Shown: positions 25,378-39,572, counted from the stretch's first letter. The stretch is 57,530 bases of DNA from Batkoa obscura (GCA_030770535.1 JASVEC010000102.1:1-57530); one strand, 5' to 3'. Program-made: numbers and translations. Notes: generated by a model not told the origin, from the sequence alone.

Positions 25378-28159
25378 ATATTTTGAAATTCAATTTTTAA
25401 TTCTGATGAATTTCTCCTTGTATTTTTAAATACTAAATAAATAAAATAAACTATACTTTAGATTAAATTTAAGGTTTAAATTGATTTTATTACTAGACAA
25501 CTCTTATTGTAAGTTTGTATAAATGTGAATCAATTTGTAGCAGTTATAAAAGCAATTAGTGCAGGATTAATAAAACAACATGGAGTATAGGTGTTGGAAT
25601 ATTAACTAATAAGTCTTAAATAATCTCTTCTAATCTAATAATGTTATATAATAACACATAAAAAAGATGATTTATAAGATGAGAGACAAATTAAGCAAAA
25701 AGACCTTTAAATGGTATCAATGTTTATTTCGTAAAAATAAATATTAGAAATAGAGTTGAAAAATTGACTTTTTTTAATAAAGCATAAGCTTCAAGTTGAT
25801 AATTGTATCATAAAACGTTTAACATTAAAGTTAATTTAAAATATTATAGACTTATTTTTTATACTTAGCCTAGTATAATAAAATTCAAACATTTATGAAC
25901 ACGTAAAATGAGATTTTTAGTATTCGCCATATTTGATATTTGTTATACTGTTGTTCTCTTTATGTTTTAGCATTATAAACTTCTCATTTTCTTAGGATGA
26001 GGGGAAAAACACATTCTCTTTGTTTACTAGCTTGGCTTGTTTTTGAGAAAATAACTTTTATTTTTATTTTCATTTTGTAATTGGGTAAGTAATTTATTTG
26101 GTTCTTAAGTTCTTCATTGATGATGCTGTATGTTAATAGTTATACTAACAGTGTTTGCTTTATTAAATTCTCAATAATATTAAATTTAAGTGAAATAATA
26201 TTGGTTTTATTTTTATAAATTAAACAACTTGGATATAAAAAAGAATGTATTACAAACAATATATACATTAAATGAAGTATATATTAGTATATATACTCCT
26301 TCTTCTACAGATTTTTATATTATAAGATAGCAAACTAATAATTAGCTATACTATTAAGGCTAACCATAACTTTACTGTAATTTTTTTGTAATAGTTTAAC
26401 ACCTTCCTCAGCACTTACTTCCCTCTTTTTTGTTTTTTCTTATATCTATATTTAATATTTATTAACTCTCCCGTTTTGATGTTTAAGTGGGTTAACGTTT
26501 TTTGTTCTTCCTCTTCTTCCCCCTTCCATTTCAATGTCATAAATCCACTCTATACAGCATCATTTTGATTTGACTTAGATAGAATTGAATATTTTGGGTT
26601 GTTTTTCATATTCTAGCATACAAGTTCTTTTGTATACATTATTGTTTGTTAACAAATTCGAAAATAGCTATGGGGGAGGGGGGGATACCATTTATCATTT
26701 ATATGATGTAGTATGCGTATCCGCCCTTTTTGAAATAAGTTGAGACACATCTCTACTATTATTTTTTCAAAAAACAAGTTAAGTATAGCTTTTTTACATT
26801 GTTTTGATCGCCAAACAAATTTTAAAACGTAGACAATAATCTAATCTGAATTTGATTCCCCCCTAGGGCCTAATAAAATCTGATACCCAAAAACCAAGCC
26901 CTTTTAGAAAGGAAAGAAAGCTAAGCTATATGCCATTTTAAGCTTTCTTTTAAACTTTATTAAAAGTTCAAGAGAAATTGTCATCATTAGGGGGAGGAGT
27001 GGAGTATAAAAGTAAATAAATTTATTATTTAAAAGCTCTAATATAGACCGGATTTTTTTTGATCAATGGATAATAACTACTATTTTTGTCTTCATTATTA
27101 ATAAATGTAAATTACTAGCTATATTAAAAAATCTGGGTTAAAGGCAGTAAATAGTTTCCAAAAAATAGGTTGTATTGATATATACTTTGTTGACCAAAAA
27201 CATGCAACTTTGGTTTTTTCATTTGAGAAATCAAACTTATATAAAGTGTAACATTATCTCATCAGATAGTCTCCTCTCTATGGGTTATCAATTTATACTG
27301 CTTTTTTTCTTATACGGGCCTCTTTCTCTCTCTCCCCTTTCCTTTTATTTAAAAAATTCAGCATATTGGTTTGTTTCTATTGTATTAAATTTCAATGACA
27401 GTTCGTTATCTAAAATCAAATGAAATAGCCGAAGTTTGAGGTTTACTTTCTACTTAGAGTTGGTAGATTAGTCCCAAGTATAGCAGTAAGCTATCGTCCA
27501 ATGTTACACGTTTTCCTCAAATCATCAATACATTTATTTTTCCACTAATAAATTAACGTTTTTATTGACTTTTTAATATTATTTGATTTATCACTGTTAT
27601 TTTTGTTTTATATATTCATACTTTTATAATCGCTAGTTGTTTGTAGTTATTTTATAAATCACCTATTTAAAACAACTTCATTTAATTGTTCAGGGTCATT
27701 ATCATAAAGATGGTTCAAAATCCTGGGGATTTTAACATAATATCGAACTAAATATAACATAGATAGAGAAAGCTTTTATTAATAATTGTATTTTAAATTA
27801 ATTTGGTTCTATATATAAGCTGAGCTTATCATAATTAAGTTCTGATTTTAAGCTATCAACACTTGTCATTATTTTATTTTAAATCCATATTCAAGGAATG
27901 CCTTTGTTTGTCGTAATTGAATTTTGATTAACAAAGAATTCAGAAAACAATTTTTACCCATGCATACCTCTGTGTATTCAAGTGGTTAGTTCGATATTAT
28001 ATTTATATTTATATATATTTATAATATTAGTATCAATCTATTAAATGATACCTGTATTAACTTAAAACGATCATTGTGAATTGTTAAAACACATGGGGGT
28101 CCTCCTGTATGCAAAATAAATGGTACTAAAAAGCTCATTTACAGCTTAAATTTTATACA

Positions 28160-28262
28160 GGGCTGTGTTTTAGTTTTCATTATCTTTCCATTTCTCAAGC
28201 AAGCACTATTTGTTTGGGTGGAAAGATTGTAGTAAAATTTTTAAACAAAAAAATGCATCCCC
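28160..28262. mobile_element. Degenerate MITE
   Basis: Family core and ATGCATCCCC end. Confidence 0.7.
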
Positions 28263-29178
28263 TCTATATTGATTAGAACTATCAATATATATCCTGTAAT
28301 AAAATTAAATACTAAGATTAAATTTCAATTAAAAGATAATTTCATATCAAATACAAACCAGCTTAGTTTTAAAGGGAAAAGTCCATTCCCTTTAACAGAT
28401 TATTTGCATTAAAAAAACACAGTTAATTTAATTTTAAACATTATATATACCCCTATCATATATATTTTTTATAAAGAGTTATTAAACGTTTAAAACATCC
28501 TATTAATTAAAATATAGTCATCTATCCATATCTTGTTTGTTATTTATGAATTTTAATACTATTGAGGTGTTGTGATACATAGTGGTGATATAAAAACTGG
28601 ATTTAAAATATCAGGATGTATTTTTGTGTTCAAGAATTTTACTAACAAATTTTCCACTTTAAATGGCACTTGAAAGATAGAAAAAAAGTCAGAAAGTTTT
28701 AAATCAAAGATTATTATATATTAGTACTTTTTTCAATATTTAATGTCTTTTGAGGTCTAAACATTCTAAACATTTGCTTGATCTTCTAAGTTATGAATTC
28801 CTTTCTTTATAAAGAAATCAAGACTTTTTTTAATGTTAAAGTCAAAAAAAGATCTACTTATATCTCTTTGTTATTATAAAGCTTTTACATTCCAGAAAGC
28901 TTTTTTGATTTTAGAAACAGAGCGATTAGCCACTTTTTGGACCTGGAGGTCTAGAATATGGGCTGGGTAAGGGGCTCTCGCTATCAATTGAAGTTTATTC
29001 ATTTTAATAGAACTTGTGAAAAGTTACAGAATGTGAGCTGTTGGATTATCCATGGCAATAAAAATGCTTTTAATTTTCTAATTTTTCTAATATATTGACG
29101 TATTGTTCATTATTTATATTATTACTTTTATCCATATAGTCAATTAATAAATCCTTTTTATATCTCAAAATACTACTT

Positions 29179-31685
29179 GAAGCCGTCCTAATTGGTTTCA
29201 GAATCTACTTAGAAATTAATCCAAATTTAAAATTCCAAGTTTGTGTTCAATATAACGGTTAAATCTAAAAAGCCCAAAAATAAATGTATCTATTTAAAAA
29301 CTTATTTTAATTGTTTCCTTTTCTTAAATAGCTAATCTTCCTAGTTATATAAATACATTTATTTGACTTTATTTTTTATTGAAATAGAAATAGAAATAGA
29401 AATAAAAATAAAATGCAAACTTTCATAACTAAACTTCGAAATGGAATTTTTGAAAACTTCAATACAATAGGGAGGAGTACACAATATAAACATTGTAATT
29501 CATTTACATCAATTTTAAGAGCTACTTATAACAACCCAAGGTTTATGGAATTTTATAACAAAACAAAACAAAGAAAAGATATGGGGATGTATTTTTGTAT
29601 TTAAGAATTTTACTACAATCTTTCCACTCAAATAGCGCTTAAAAAATGGAAGAATAATGAAACTAAAAAAAACAGCCCCATATATTATCAAAGTTTACTA
29701 TCGATAATAATAAACTTAATCAAGTAATGTATAAAATTAGTGCTTTAAGGGAAACAGGAAACAAAAGTCAGCAAGTAGCGTTATTATCAACTATAGCTTC
29801 AGTATATTCTTTTGATGAATGTAAGAGTTTTGGGTTCAATATAAATAGAAATCAATATGATTATTCAAAAACAAGTAATAATAATAAAATATCAACATTA
29901 AAACCTATTATTAAAAATACAAAAAAAATTAAAGATGACCAAATGAAACTATTATACAATATTTACTAAATGATTCAACTATTTCATCAAGATTTAATAA
30001 AAAAAAATAATGATAGTAAATATTCATCAAATAATATATATATTAAATAAAAGTAGAAGAATGATATATAGTAAATATTTCAATGATCTAAGAGATAAAG
30101 CAGTAGCTAGGTCAACGTTCTTTAAATATATACTAAGTAATTTCAAAAAATCCAGCAAGAAGAACAGATCTATATAATATATGTGCTTAGTATACAAGTT
30201 AGAAAAAAGTTATTTGAAAATAAAATAAATACAGCAATAAAAAACAAAGCAGAGAATAGACGAAATTTTCAACGAAGAAAAATTATACAAATTACATAAA
30301 TTCTGTGTTGATACTCAAAAAACACATTTAATGAAACTGTTAAAAAATTAAATAACAAAAGTTGTATAATAATTTTAGATTTTAAACAAAATATGGAAAT
30401 AGGAACAAGACCAGATTCAATAAATCTAGATCATTGTAATAAACAAGCTATATCAGTATTAGGTATTAGGTTTTGGTGTTTTATATTTAAAAGATGATAA
30501 AACAATAGGCAAAGTTTACTTTGATTATTTATCTGAAATATTGAATCATGATTCAGCATATGCAGGAGATTGTTTAATCAATTTGATCTCTACAGAGCTT
30601 CTATTTAAAAAGTTTACAAAAATATTAATATATGGGCAGATACAGGAAATCATTTTAGATCCCAAGAGTTTCTACACTATATGTTTAAAGAAATTCATAA
30701 AATAAATAGTAGTTTGAATGTCAATCTTAATTTTTTTGCTGAGCATCATGGAAAAAGTATAGTTAATGGACATTTTGGAAACCTTTCAAAATGGAAAAGT
30801 AGTTTTGAAGCGTTAGGTAAAATAGAAGATATCGATCAATTAATTTAAAGATTTGAGGCTTTTATTTGCGAGCATAATAAAATTAATAACTCGACTATTA
30901 ATAATGGGAAAACAGATATAATTTTTAAAAAGTAGTATGAAAGAAACAAAAATACAAAAATAATAATAGAGATGCAGGGCATTAAGAAGCATTTACATTT
31001 TATTAAATATAACAATAAACTACATTGTTATCCAGTATCTGATACATCAAAAAAAAGCGATATAGTCCCAATTAAAGTTATAGAGTCTATAGAAAACAGA
31101 AAAATCAAAAGATCGATCCCAGCTTACCTTACGAAAATAACAGAGAATTTAAAATTTTCGATATTTACTAAGCAAGTAAGTAGTTTGTTGAATGATAGAA
31201 ATAGATTGTTAAATGTCAAGATTACTTAAGCTATTAATAGCTGAGTTAATAAATAGTCAAAGAACAAGTAACTGTAATAATATGTAAAAACTATTATTAC
31301 TTGTACTATATAGGGATGGTTAATTATAGTTTTGGGGCTAACCACTCCCTCCCATACAGCTATTTATTAACTTGGCAATATATTAATAATGTAATTATAA
31401 CATTAAAATAGTTTATTTATTTGATAATAAATCTGCAATGTTGGTTATAAAGCAGTTGATGATAAATATTTCTCAATTAAGCTTTATAAGAACATGTATT
31501 TAAGATCTAGTAGAAATTCAACTAACTTACATTATGAGCTATAATAGAATGATCTAGAATTGTGTTTGGGTACTTTTGTTTTAATAAAAGATGTGATTTT
31601 ATAGAATTTTAAGCGAAGTTTTTAAAATACAAAATTTTTCAAAAATTGGATAAAATAATGAAACTAAACTAATTCAGACAACTCC
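29179..31685 (+). mobile_element. Sola2-like DNA transposon copy 3 (eroded 5' TIR; MITE at 29583-29679)
   Basis: GAAGCCGTCCTAATTGGTTTC...TTCAGACAACTCC; ORF fragments nearly identical to copies 1 and 2. Confidence 0.9.
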
Positions 31686-31689
31686 ATAT

Positions 31690-31788
31690 GGGAGTGTCTT
31701 TTTTGACTTCATTATTTTTTCCAATTTTTAAGTGCTATTTAAGTGGAAAATTTGCCAGTAAGATTCTTAAATACAAAAATACATCCCC
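31690..31788. mobile_element. MITE inserted in the ATAT directly flanking copy 3
   Basis: TSD ATAT/ATAT. Confidence 0.9.
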
Positions 31789-32397
31789 ATATAATAGCTG
31801 ATTTTTTCATCTATTTTTTATTAATACAATCTTTTAAAGCCTTTTATTTTTATAAGAAAAATCTCTAATATAATTCTTAAATACAAAAATACACCCTTAT
31901 ATATATACTAACTAATAATATTACTTAGGTTTAACATACTTAAAAGTATGATTTTTTTCAAAAAACAGAAATAATTATAAAAATAATTGATATTTACAGC
32001 TAAACTTTATTTTTGTGTAGTCACTACTGGGGATGCTTTTTTATATTATTTAAGTTATATATCCAGGAAAAATGCTAAATATGTAAAGCAAAATAAAAAA
32101 AAATGGATCACTGTGTGCTTTTTTATTTGTTAATTTTCAAATTATAATTATATGAGGATATATTTTTTTGTTTAATTTTACTAATGGTTTTTTCACTTAA
32201 ATAATGCTTAGAAGATAGAGAAAGTGATAAAACCGAAAAAAATCCATATATTATTATAGCTGTGGAAATCTAGTTTATTTTAAATTAGCTCAGTTTTTCA
32301 TATTAGCTAGTAAGTTTTTTTAATAAATTTTTTTTAGTTCAAAATACAAAAAGCTTACTTTTATTAAAAAATGTTTATGATATTTTCTTGATAATAT

Positions 32398-32495
32398 GGG
32401 GCTGTTTTTTTTAGTTTCATTATTTTTCCATTTTTTAAGCGCTATTTAAGTGGAAAAATTGTCAGTAAAATTCTTAAATACAAAAATACATCCCC
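32398..32495. mobile_element. MITE, near-identical in reverse complement to 18164-18261
   Basis: TSD ATAT/ATAT. Confidence 0.9.
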
Positions 32496-32708
32496 ATATA
32501 ACAAAATAAAAATAACGATGCAAAAATGCAATCCAATACTATCATTTTATATAATTCACACTAAATAAGCTTGTTCATTATTATTTAATTTATAAAAAAG
32601 GTAATTGTTTACATTTAATATTAATTATATAAATAATTTTACTCTTTGCTGCTTGTTTATTTTTATTTTACTTTAAACTTGCAATCACTATTTTTTTAAA
32701 ATTACATG

Positions 32709-33592
32709 GGGGTTGTCTGGATTAGTTTCAGAATTTACCTATAAATTAATCCAAAATTTAAATTTTTAAATTTGTGTCTTTAATGTGCCAATTAAATATA
32801 AAAAGCTTAAAAACTAAGCATCCTTTTATTTAACTTAAAAAACTTATTTTAGTTGTTTCCCTGTTAAATAACTGATTTTCCTAACTATATGGGGATGTGT
32901 TTTAGGTTTAAAAATTTTATTAGCAAATTTTCCACTCAAACAGCGCTCAAAAGATAGAAAAAGTAATAAAGTTAAAAAAACACCCCCATATGTTTTATGT
33001 TATTTCTGTTAGATATTTAATAGATATATAATATACAACCATATGATTATATAATTATATAGATACACTTATTTGACTTTATTTTTTATTGAAATAGAAA
33101 TAGAAATAGAAATAAAAATAAAATGCAAACTTTCATACTTAAACTTCAATACAATAGGGAGGAGTACACAATATAAACATTGTAATTCATTTACATCAAT
33201 TTTAAGAGCTACTTATAACAACCCAAGGTTTATGGAATTTTATAATAAAACAAAACAAAGAAAAGATATATTATCAAAGTTTACTATCGATAATAATAAA
33301 CTTAATCAAGTAATGTATAAAATTAGTGCTTTAAGGGAAACAGGAAACAAAAGTCAGCAAGTAGCGTTATTATCAACTATAGCTTCAGTATATTCTTTTG
33401 ATGAATGTAAGAGTTTTGGGTTCAATATAAATAGAAATCAATATGATTATTCAAAAACAAGTAATAATAATAAAATATCAACATTAAAACCTATTATTAA
33501 AAATACAAAAAAAATTAAAGATGACCAAATTGAAACTATCATACAATATTTACTAAATGATTCAACTATTTCATCAAGATTTAATAAAAAAA
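32709..33592 (+). mobile_element. 3'-truncated Sola2-like copy (MITE at 32891-32987)
   Basis: GGGGTTGTCTGGATTAGTTTCAG terminus; ORF 33073-33618 reads through DDQIETIIQYLL, where the other copies are frameshifted. Confidence 0.85.
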
Positions 33593-34425
33593 TAGTGAAG
33601 TCAAAAAAAACAATTTAGCTTTTTAAATATATTAAGCGGCTTATTAATAGATGCGCTGTTTATTTGATCGGAAAGCATAATCTTATTTTGATTTTGGTTT
33701 AACTACTATAGCAATAAATTTACAAAGGATAGTTATAGTTTATTTATATATTACAAAAGTAAAGTATTTCATAAATAAATCAAATTTTTTAGGAGTTGTA
33801 ATAATCAATTTGATTAATTTAGTTTAATTTTTATACTATAGTAATATGTTTCAATTTTTAATGCTATTAATAAAATGTATTTTATAAAAATATTTTTGTA
33901 TGTTTAAATGTATATTATTTAATAGTTTAATTAAAGTCAATAATACATAACCCTGACCAAATTGAGTATTTTTTTGAACTAGTTTTATAAAGCAGTGCAT
34001 GAACGTCTCCTTTATACAAATAATAATAATGAAATGGTTTATTAGATGTTTTTATATATATTATAATTTTATAGCATCCATTTTTTATATTTTCATAAAG
34101 TTTTATAACTTTGATCGAATAAAAATATCACCTACTTAAACCATTCACAAGCAATCCAAGACAAAAAAAATCAAATTTTGGTATATAACTAACTCTCTGA
34201 CGACGTTTGAAATTTTAACTTATAGTTAAATGCCCAAGGCTTTTTAGTCCTAAAGAACCACTCAATTATAAAATCCTAAGGATCCAAAGTCAAAATTAGT
34301 AGATACTTTTTAATATGTATAATTTAGTTAAATAAATAGGTTTTGGATACATTATAATTTCTTTTTTTAATATTGAATAAACACAACTGTTAAAACTCAC
34401 CTTTTGGCTTACTCTAATAGCATTT

Positions 34426-34760
34426 GGGGATGTATTTTTTTGTTTAAGAACTTTACTAACAATCTTTCCGCTCAAACAGGGCTTAAAAAGTGGAAAAGTA
34501 ATGAAACCAAAAAAAACATCCCCATTTGTATATTTCAAATATTCATTAAAATATATATGGGGATGTATTTTTGTATGAGAATTTTACTAACAAATGGGGG
34601 TGTTTTTTTGACTTTGATCACTTTTTCCATTTTTTAAGCGCTATTTGAATGGAAAAATTGTTGGTAAAATTCTTAAACAAAAAAATACATCCCCAAATCT
34701 TCCATTTAAATAGCACTTAAAAGATGGAAAAAATAATGAAGCCAAAAAAAACCTTCCCTT
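34426..34760. mobile_element. MITE (34426-34523) plus nested pair (34596-34694 inside 34559-~34760)
   Basis: TSDs ATTT/ATTT and AAAT/AAAT; the outer MITE resumes after the inner one. Confidence 0.9.
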
Positions 34761-35312
34761 ATTAATAGCTTTGGTTACAGGCAACGGATCTTTTATATGT
34801 TATAAACTAGTTTACAAGGAAAGCCAAAAGGTTTTAAGAATTAGCTAGGTTTGACTATAGTTATAGTTATAGTTATAGTTATCCAATTTTAGATATGTGA
34901 AGGGTTGCAAAGTTTTAAATTAATTAAACGGTCAATCCTGAGTTAGAAATATACTAAATACTAAAAGCAAAAGATACCTAAAAGTATTGAAGATGAGCCA
35001 ATATTAAATTTATGGAACCATCAAATTCACAACAAGGGAAAAAAATCTATAGCTTATCTATAATAGAATAATTTAAAATTTAAAGATAAAAAATTGTATA
35101 ACTCCTAAAAACTTTTTAAGGTTTATTAAAGGAAAAAAGAAGAGACATCTTTAGACTAAGTTGTACTAATAATAAAATCTAAGTCTATCACTTGCTATAT
35201 ACTATACTCCTTAATTAAAACAGGAGCTTTCAAACAATAGATTAAAAAAGCTTTTCCACTCCCTATAAAGTATAAAGCTTTTTCATACCAGCTAGGGAAA
35301 TCATAAGTGGTG

Positions 35313-37871
35313 GGGGTTGTCTGAATTAGTTTAGTTTCATTATTTTATCCAATTTTTGAAAAATTTTGTATTTTAAAAACTTCGCTTAAAATTCTATAAA
35401 ATCACATCTTTTATTAAAACAAAAGTACCCAAACACAATTCTAGATCATTCTATTATAGCTCATAATGTAAGTTAGTTGAATTTCTACTAGATCTTAAAT
35501 ACATGTTCTTATAAAGCTTAATTGAGAAATATTTATCATCAACTGCTTTTTATAACCAACATTGCAGATTTGTTATCAAATAAATAAACTATTTTAATGT
35601 TATAATTACATTACTAATATATTGCCAAGTTAATAAATAGCTGTATGGGAGGGTGTGATTAACCCCAAAACTATAATTAACCATCCCTATATAGTACAAG
35701 TAATAATAGTTTTTACATATTATTACAGTTATTTGTTCTTTGACTATTTATTAACTCAGCTATTAATAGCTTAAGTAATCTTGACATTTAACAATCTATT
35801 TCTATCATTCAACAAACTACTTACTTGCTTAGTAAATATCGAAAATTTTAAATTCTCTGTTATTTTCGTAAGGTAAGCTGGGATCGATCTTTTGATTTTT
35901 CTGTTTTCTATAGACTCTATAACTTTAATTGGGACTATATCGCTTTTTTTTGATGTATCAGATACTGGATAACAATGTAGTTTATTGTTATATTTAATAA
36001 AATGTAAATGCTTCTTAATGCCCTGCATCTCTATTATTATTTTTGTATTTTTGTTTCTTTCATACTACTTTTTAAAAATTATATCTGTTTTCCCATTATT
36101 AATAGTCGAGTTATTAATTTTATTATGCTCGCAAATAAAAGCCTCAAATCTTTAAATTAATTGATCGATATCTTCTATTTTACCTAACGCTTCAAAACTA
36201 CTTTTCCATTTTGAAAGGTTTCCAAAATGTCCATCAACTATACTTTTTCCATGATGCTCAGCAAAAAAATTAAGATTGACATTCAAACTACTATTTATTT
36301 TATGAATTTCTTTAAACATATGGGGATGTATTTTTGTATTTAAGAATCTTACTAACAAATTTTCCGCTTAAATAGCACTTAAAAAATGGAAAAAATAATG
36401 AAGTCAAAAAAGACACTCCCATATAGTGTAGAAACTCTTGGGATCTAAAATGATTTCCTGTATCTGCCCATATATTAATTTTTGTAAACTTTTTAAATAG
36501 AAGCTCTGTAGAGATCAAATTGATTAAACAATCTCCTGCATATGCTGAATCATGATTCAATATTTCAGATAAATAATCAAAGTAAACTTTGCCTATTGTT
36601 TTATCATCTTTTAAATATAAAACACCAAAACCTAATACCTAATACTGATATAGCTTGTTTATTACAATGATCTAGATTTATTGAATCTGGTCTTGTTCCT
36701 ATTTCCATATTTTGTTTAAAATCTAAAATTATTATACAACTTTTGTTATTTAATTTTTTAACAGTTTCATTAAATGTGTTTTTTGAGTATCAACACAGAA
36801 TTTATGTAATTTGTATAATTTTTCTTCGTTGAAAATTTCGTCTATTCTCTGCTTTGTTTTTTATTGCTGTATTTATTTTATTTTCAAATAACTTTTTTCT
36901 AACTTGTATACTAAGCACATATATTATATAGATCTGTTCTTCTTGCTGGATTTTTTGAAATTACTTAGTATATATTTAAAGAACGTTGACCTAGCTACTG
37001 CTTTATCTCTTAGATCATTGAAATATTTACTATATATCATTCTTCTACTTTTATTTAATATATATATTATTTGATGAATATTTACTATCATTATTTTTTT
37101 TTATTAAATCTTGATGAAATAGTTGAATCATTTAGTAAATATTGTATAATAGTTTCATTTGGTCATCTTTAATTTTTTTTGTATTTTTAATAATAGGTTT
37201 TAATGTTGATATTTTATTATTATTACTTGTTTTTGAATAATCATATTGATTTCTATTTATATTGAACCCAAAACTCTTACATTCATCAAAAGAATATACT
37301 GAAGCTATAGTTGATAATAACGCTACTTGCTGACTTTTGTTTCCTGTTTCCCTTAAAGCACTAATTTTATACATTACTTGATTAAGTTTATTATTATCGA
37401 TAGTAAACTTTGATAATATATCTTTTCTTTGTTTTGTTTTATTATAAAATTCCATAAACCTTGGGTTGTTATAAGTAGCTCTTAAAATTGATGTAAATGA
37501 ATTACAATGTTTATATTGTGTACTCCTCCCTATTGTATTGAAGTTTTCAAAAATTCCATTTCGAAGTTTAGTTATGAAAGTTTGCATTTTATTTTTATTT
37601 CAACAAAAAATAAAGTCAAATAAGTGTATTTATATAATTATATAATCATATAGTTATATATTATATATCTGTTAAATATCTAACAGAACTAACATAAAAT
37701 ATATAGTTAGGAAAATTAGCTATTCAAGAAAAGGAAACAATTAAAATAAGTTTTAAATAGAGAGATTTAATTTTAGGCTTTTTAGATTTAACCGTTATAT
37801 TGAACACAAACTTGGAATTTTAAATTTGGATTAATTTCTAAGTAGATTCTGAAACCAATTAGGACAGCCCC
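35313..37871 (-). mobile_element. Sola2-like DNA transposon copy 4 (MITE at 36322-36420; retains third catalytic D)
   Basis: Both TIRs; KINIWADTGNHFRS in frame and HHGKSIVDGHFG; first MITE site empty. Confidence 0.9.
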
Positions 37872-38308
37872 ATATAGTTCCAATTAAAGTTATAGAGTCT
37901 ATAGAAAATAGAAAATTAAAAGATCGATCCCAGCTTACCTTACGAAAATAACAGAGAATTTAAAATTTTCGATATTTACTAAGCAAGTAAGTAGTTTGTT
38001 GAATGATAGAAATAGATTGTTAAATGTCAAGATTACTTAAGCTATTAATAGCTGAGTTAATAAATAGTCAAAGAACAAGTAACTGTAATAATATGTAAAA
38101 ACTATTATTACTTGTACTATATAGGGATGGTTAATTATAGTTTTGGGGTTAATCACACCCTCCCATACAGCTATTTATTAACTTGGCAATATATTAGTAA
38201 TGTAATTATAACATTAAAATAGTTTATTTATTTGATAACAAATCTGCAATGTTGGTTATAAAAAGCAGTTGATAATAAATATTTCTCAATAAAGTTTAAC
38301 GAGAATAT
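37872..38308 (+). mobile_element. 3' fragment of the same transposon abutting copy 4
   Basis: Starts at the ATAT of the transposase's GCG-ATAT-AGTC site; inverted repeat of ~35520-35940. Confidence 0.85.
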
Positions 38309-39572
38309 GGGGGTGTTTTTTTTGGCTTCGTTATTTTTTCCATCTTTTAGGCGCTATTTGATTGAAAAATTGTTAGTAAAATTCTTAAACACAAAAATAC
38401 GTCCCCAAATTGTAATTTAAGAAAGCAAATATAAGATCGTTTAACAAATAATTATTTTTTAAAATAAAGAAACGAAAAAAATAGCTTTATTTTTTTGTAT
38501 GATTTTTAAACATTTTATGCTTTAAATTATTTTATTATAATACATATTGTAAGTTAGGAGAACCTTTATTAAATTTAATAAAAATCACTATGTTAACAAA
38601 GATTTCACTCATATAACCTAATGTATTAAATCAATCAAAGTTGCAATACATAAATAAGCATATGGGGATGTATTTTTGTGTTTAAGAATTTTACTAATAA
38701 TTTTTCCACTCAAATAGTGCTTGAAAGATGGAAAAAATAATGAAGCCAAAAAAAACATCCCCATATGGCGATGTTTTTTTTGATTTCATTATCTTTATAT
38801 TTTTCAAACACTATTCGAGTGGAAAAACTATTAGTAAAATCCTCAAACACGAAAAAACATCCCCATATTTTTTATAAAACTCTATCAAAAATCTCCTATT
38901 AAATAAATAGCTGGATAAAAGGGAGTGATTAGCTTTAAAACTATAACCAGTTATTTTTATATAATACAAGCAATGTAGTACTAGCTTTTACTTATTATTA
39001 TATCATTTACTGTTTGACTATTTATTGACTTAGCTATTAATAATTTATTTTCATTATTTAATAAGACACTCATTTGTTTAACAAATATCAAAACTTTAAC
39101 TTTTCTGTTATTTTATAAAATAAGTCCAGGGGATAATTTTTTATTTTTCTTATCGGGGATGTATTTTTGTATTTAAGAATTGTACTAACAATTTTTCCGC
39201 TCAAATAGTGCTTAAAAGATAGAAAAAGGGATGAAAGTACTTTAATAGCTTTATAAATTGCAATGTTTTTTTGTATAATTTCAAAAAGTTTAAAATATAT
39301 TAAAGTTAAAATATACTTAACAATATGGGGATGTTTTTTTTGGCTTCATTACTTTTCCCATCTTTTAAGCGCTATTTGAGTGGAAAAATTAGTAAAATTC
39401 TTAAACAAAAAAGCACATCCCCATATTACTAAAACATTTATTTTTATTTAAATTATTCCTTTTTAATAAAAGCTAAATAGCAGTTGTTTTTGTATTTAAT
39501 TTTGCTGACAATTTTTCCGTTTAAACAGGAGCTTAAAAAATGGAAAAAATGATGAAACTAAAAAACACTTCC
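38309..39572. mobile_element. MITE cluster: 38309-38406, adjacent pair 38664-38762/38767-38864 sharing one ATAT, 39155-39237, 39327-39422, degenerate ~39480-39572
   Basis: Family termini and core; ATAT TSDs on intact copies. Confidence 0.85.

Noticed and set aside
34780..35300. Possible Ty3/gypsy RNase H remnant (ELARFDY...FRYVKG) around a short GTTATA repeat
   Set aside because: Too degraded to support without a translated search
29175..37875. Second swapped-TSD inversion between copies 3 and 4 (ACTT vs AAGT at 35305)
   Set aside because: Needs 4 extra bases (GGTG), and flipping does not rejoin the 37872 fragment to a 5' half; unsupported
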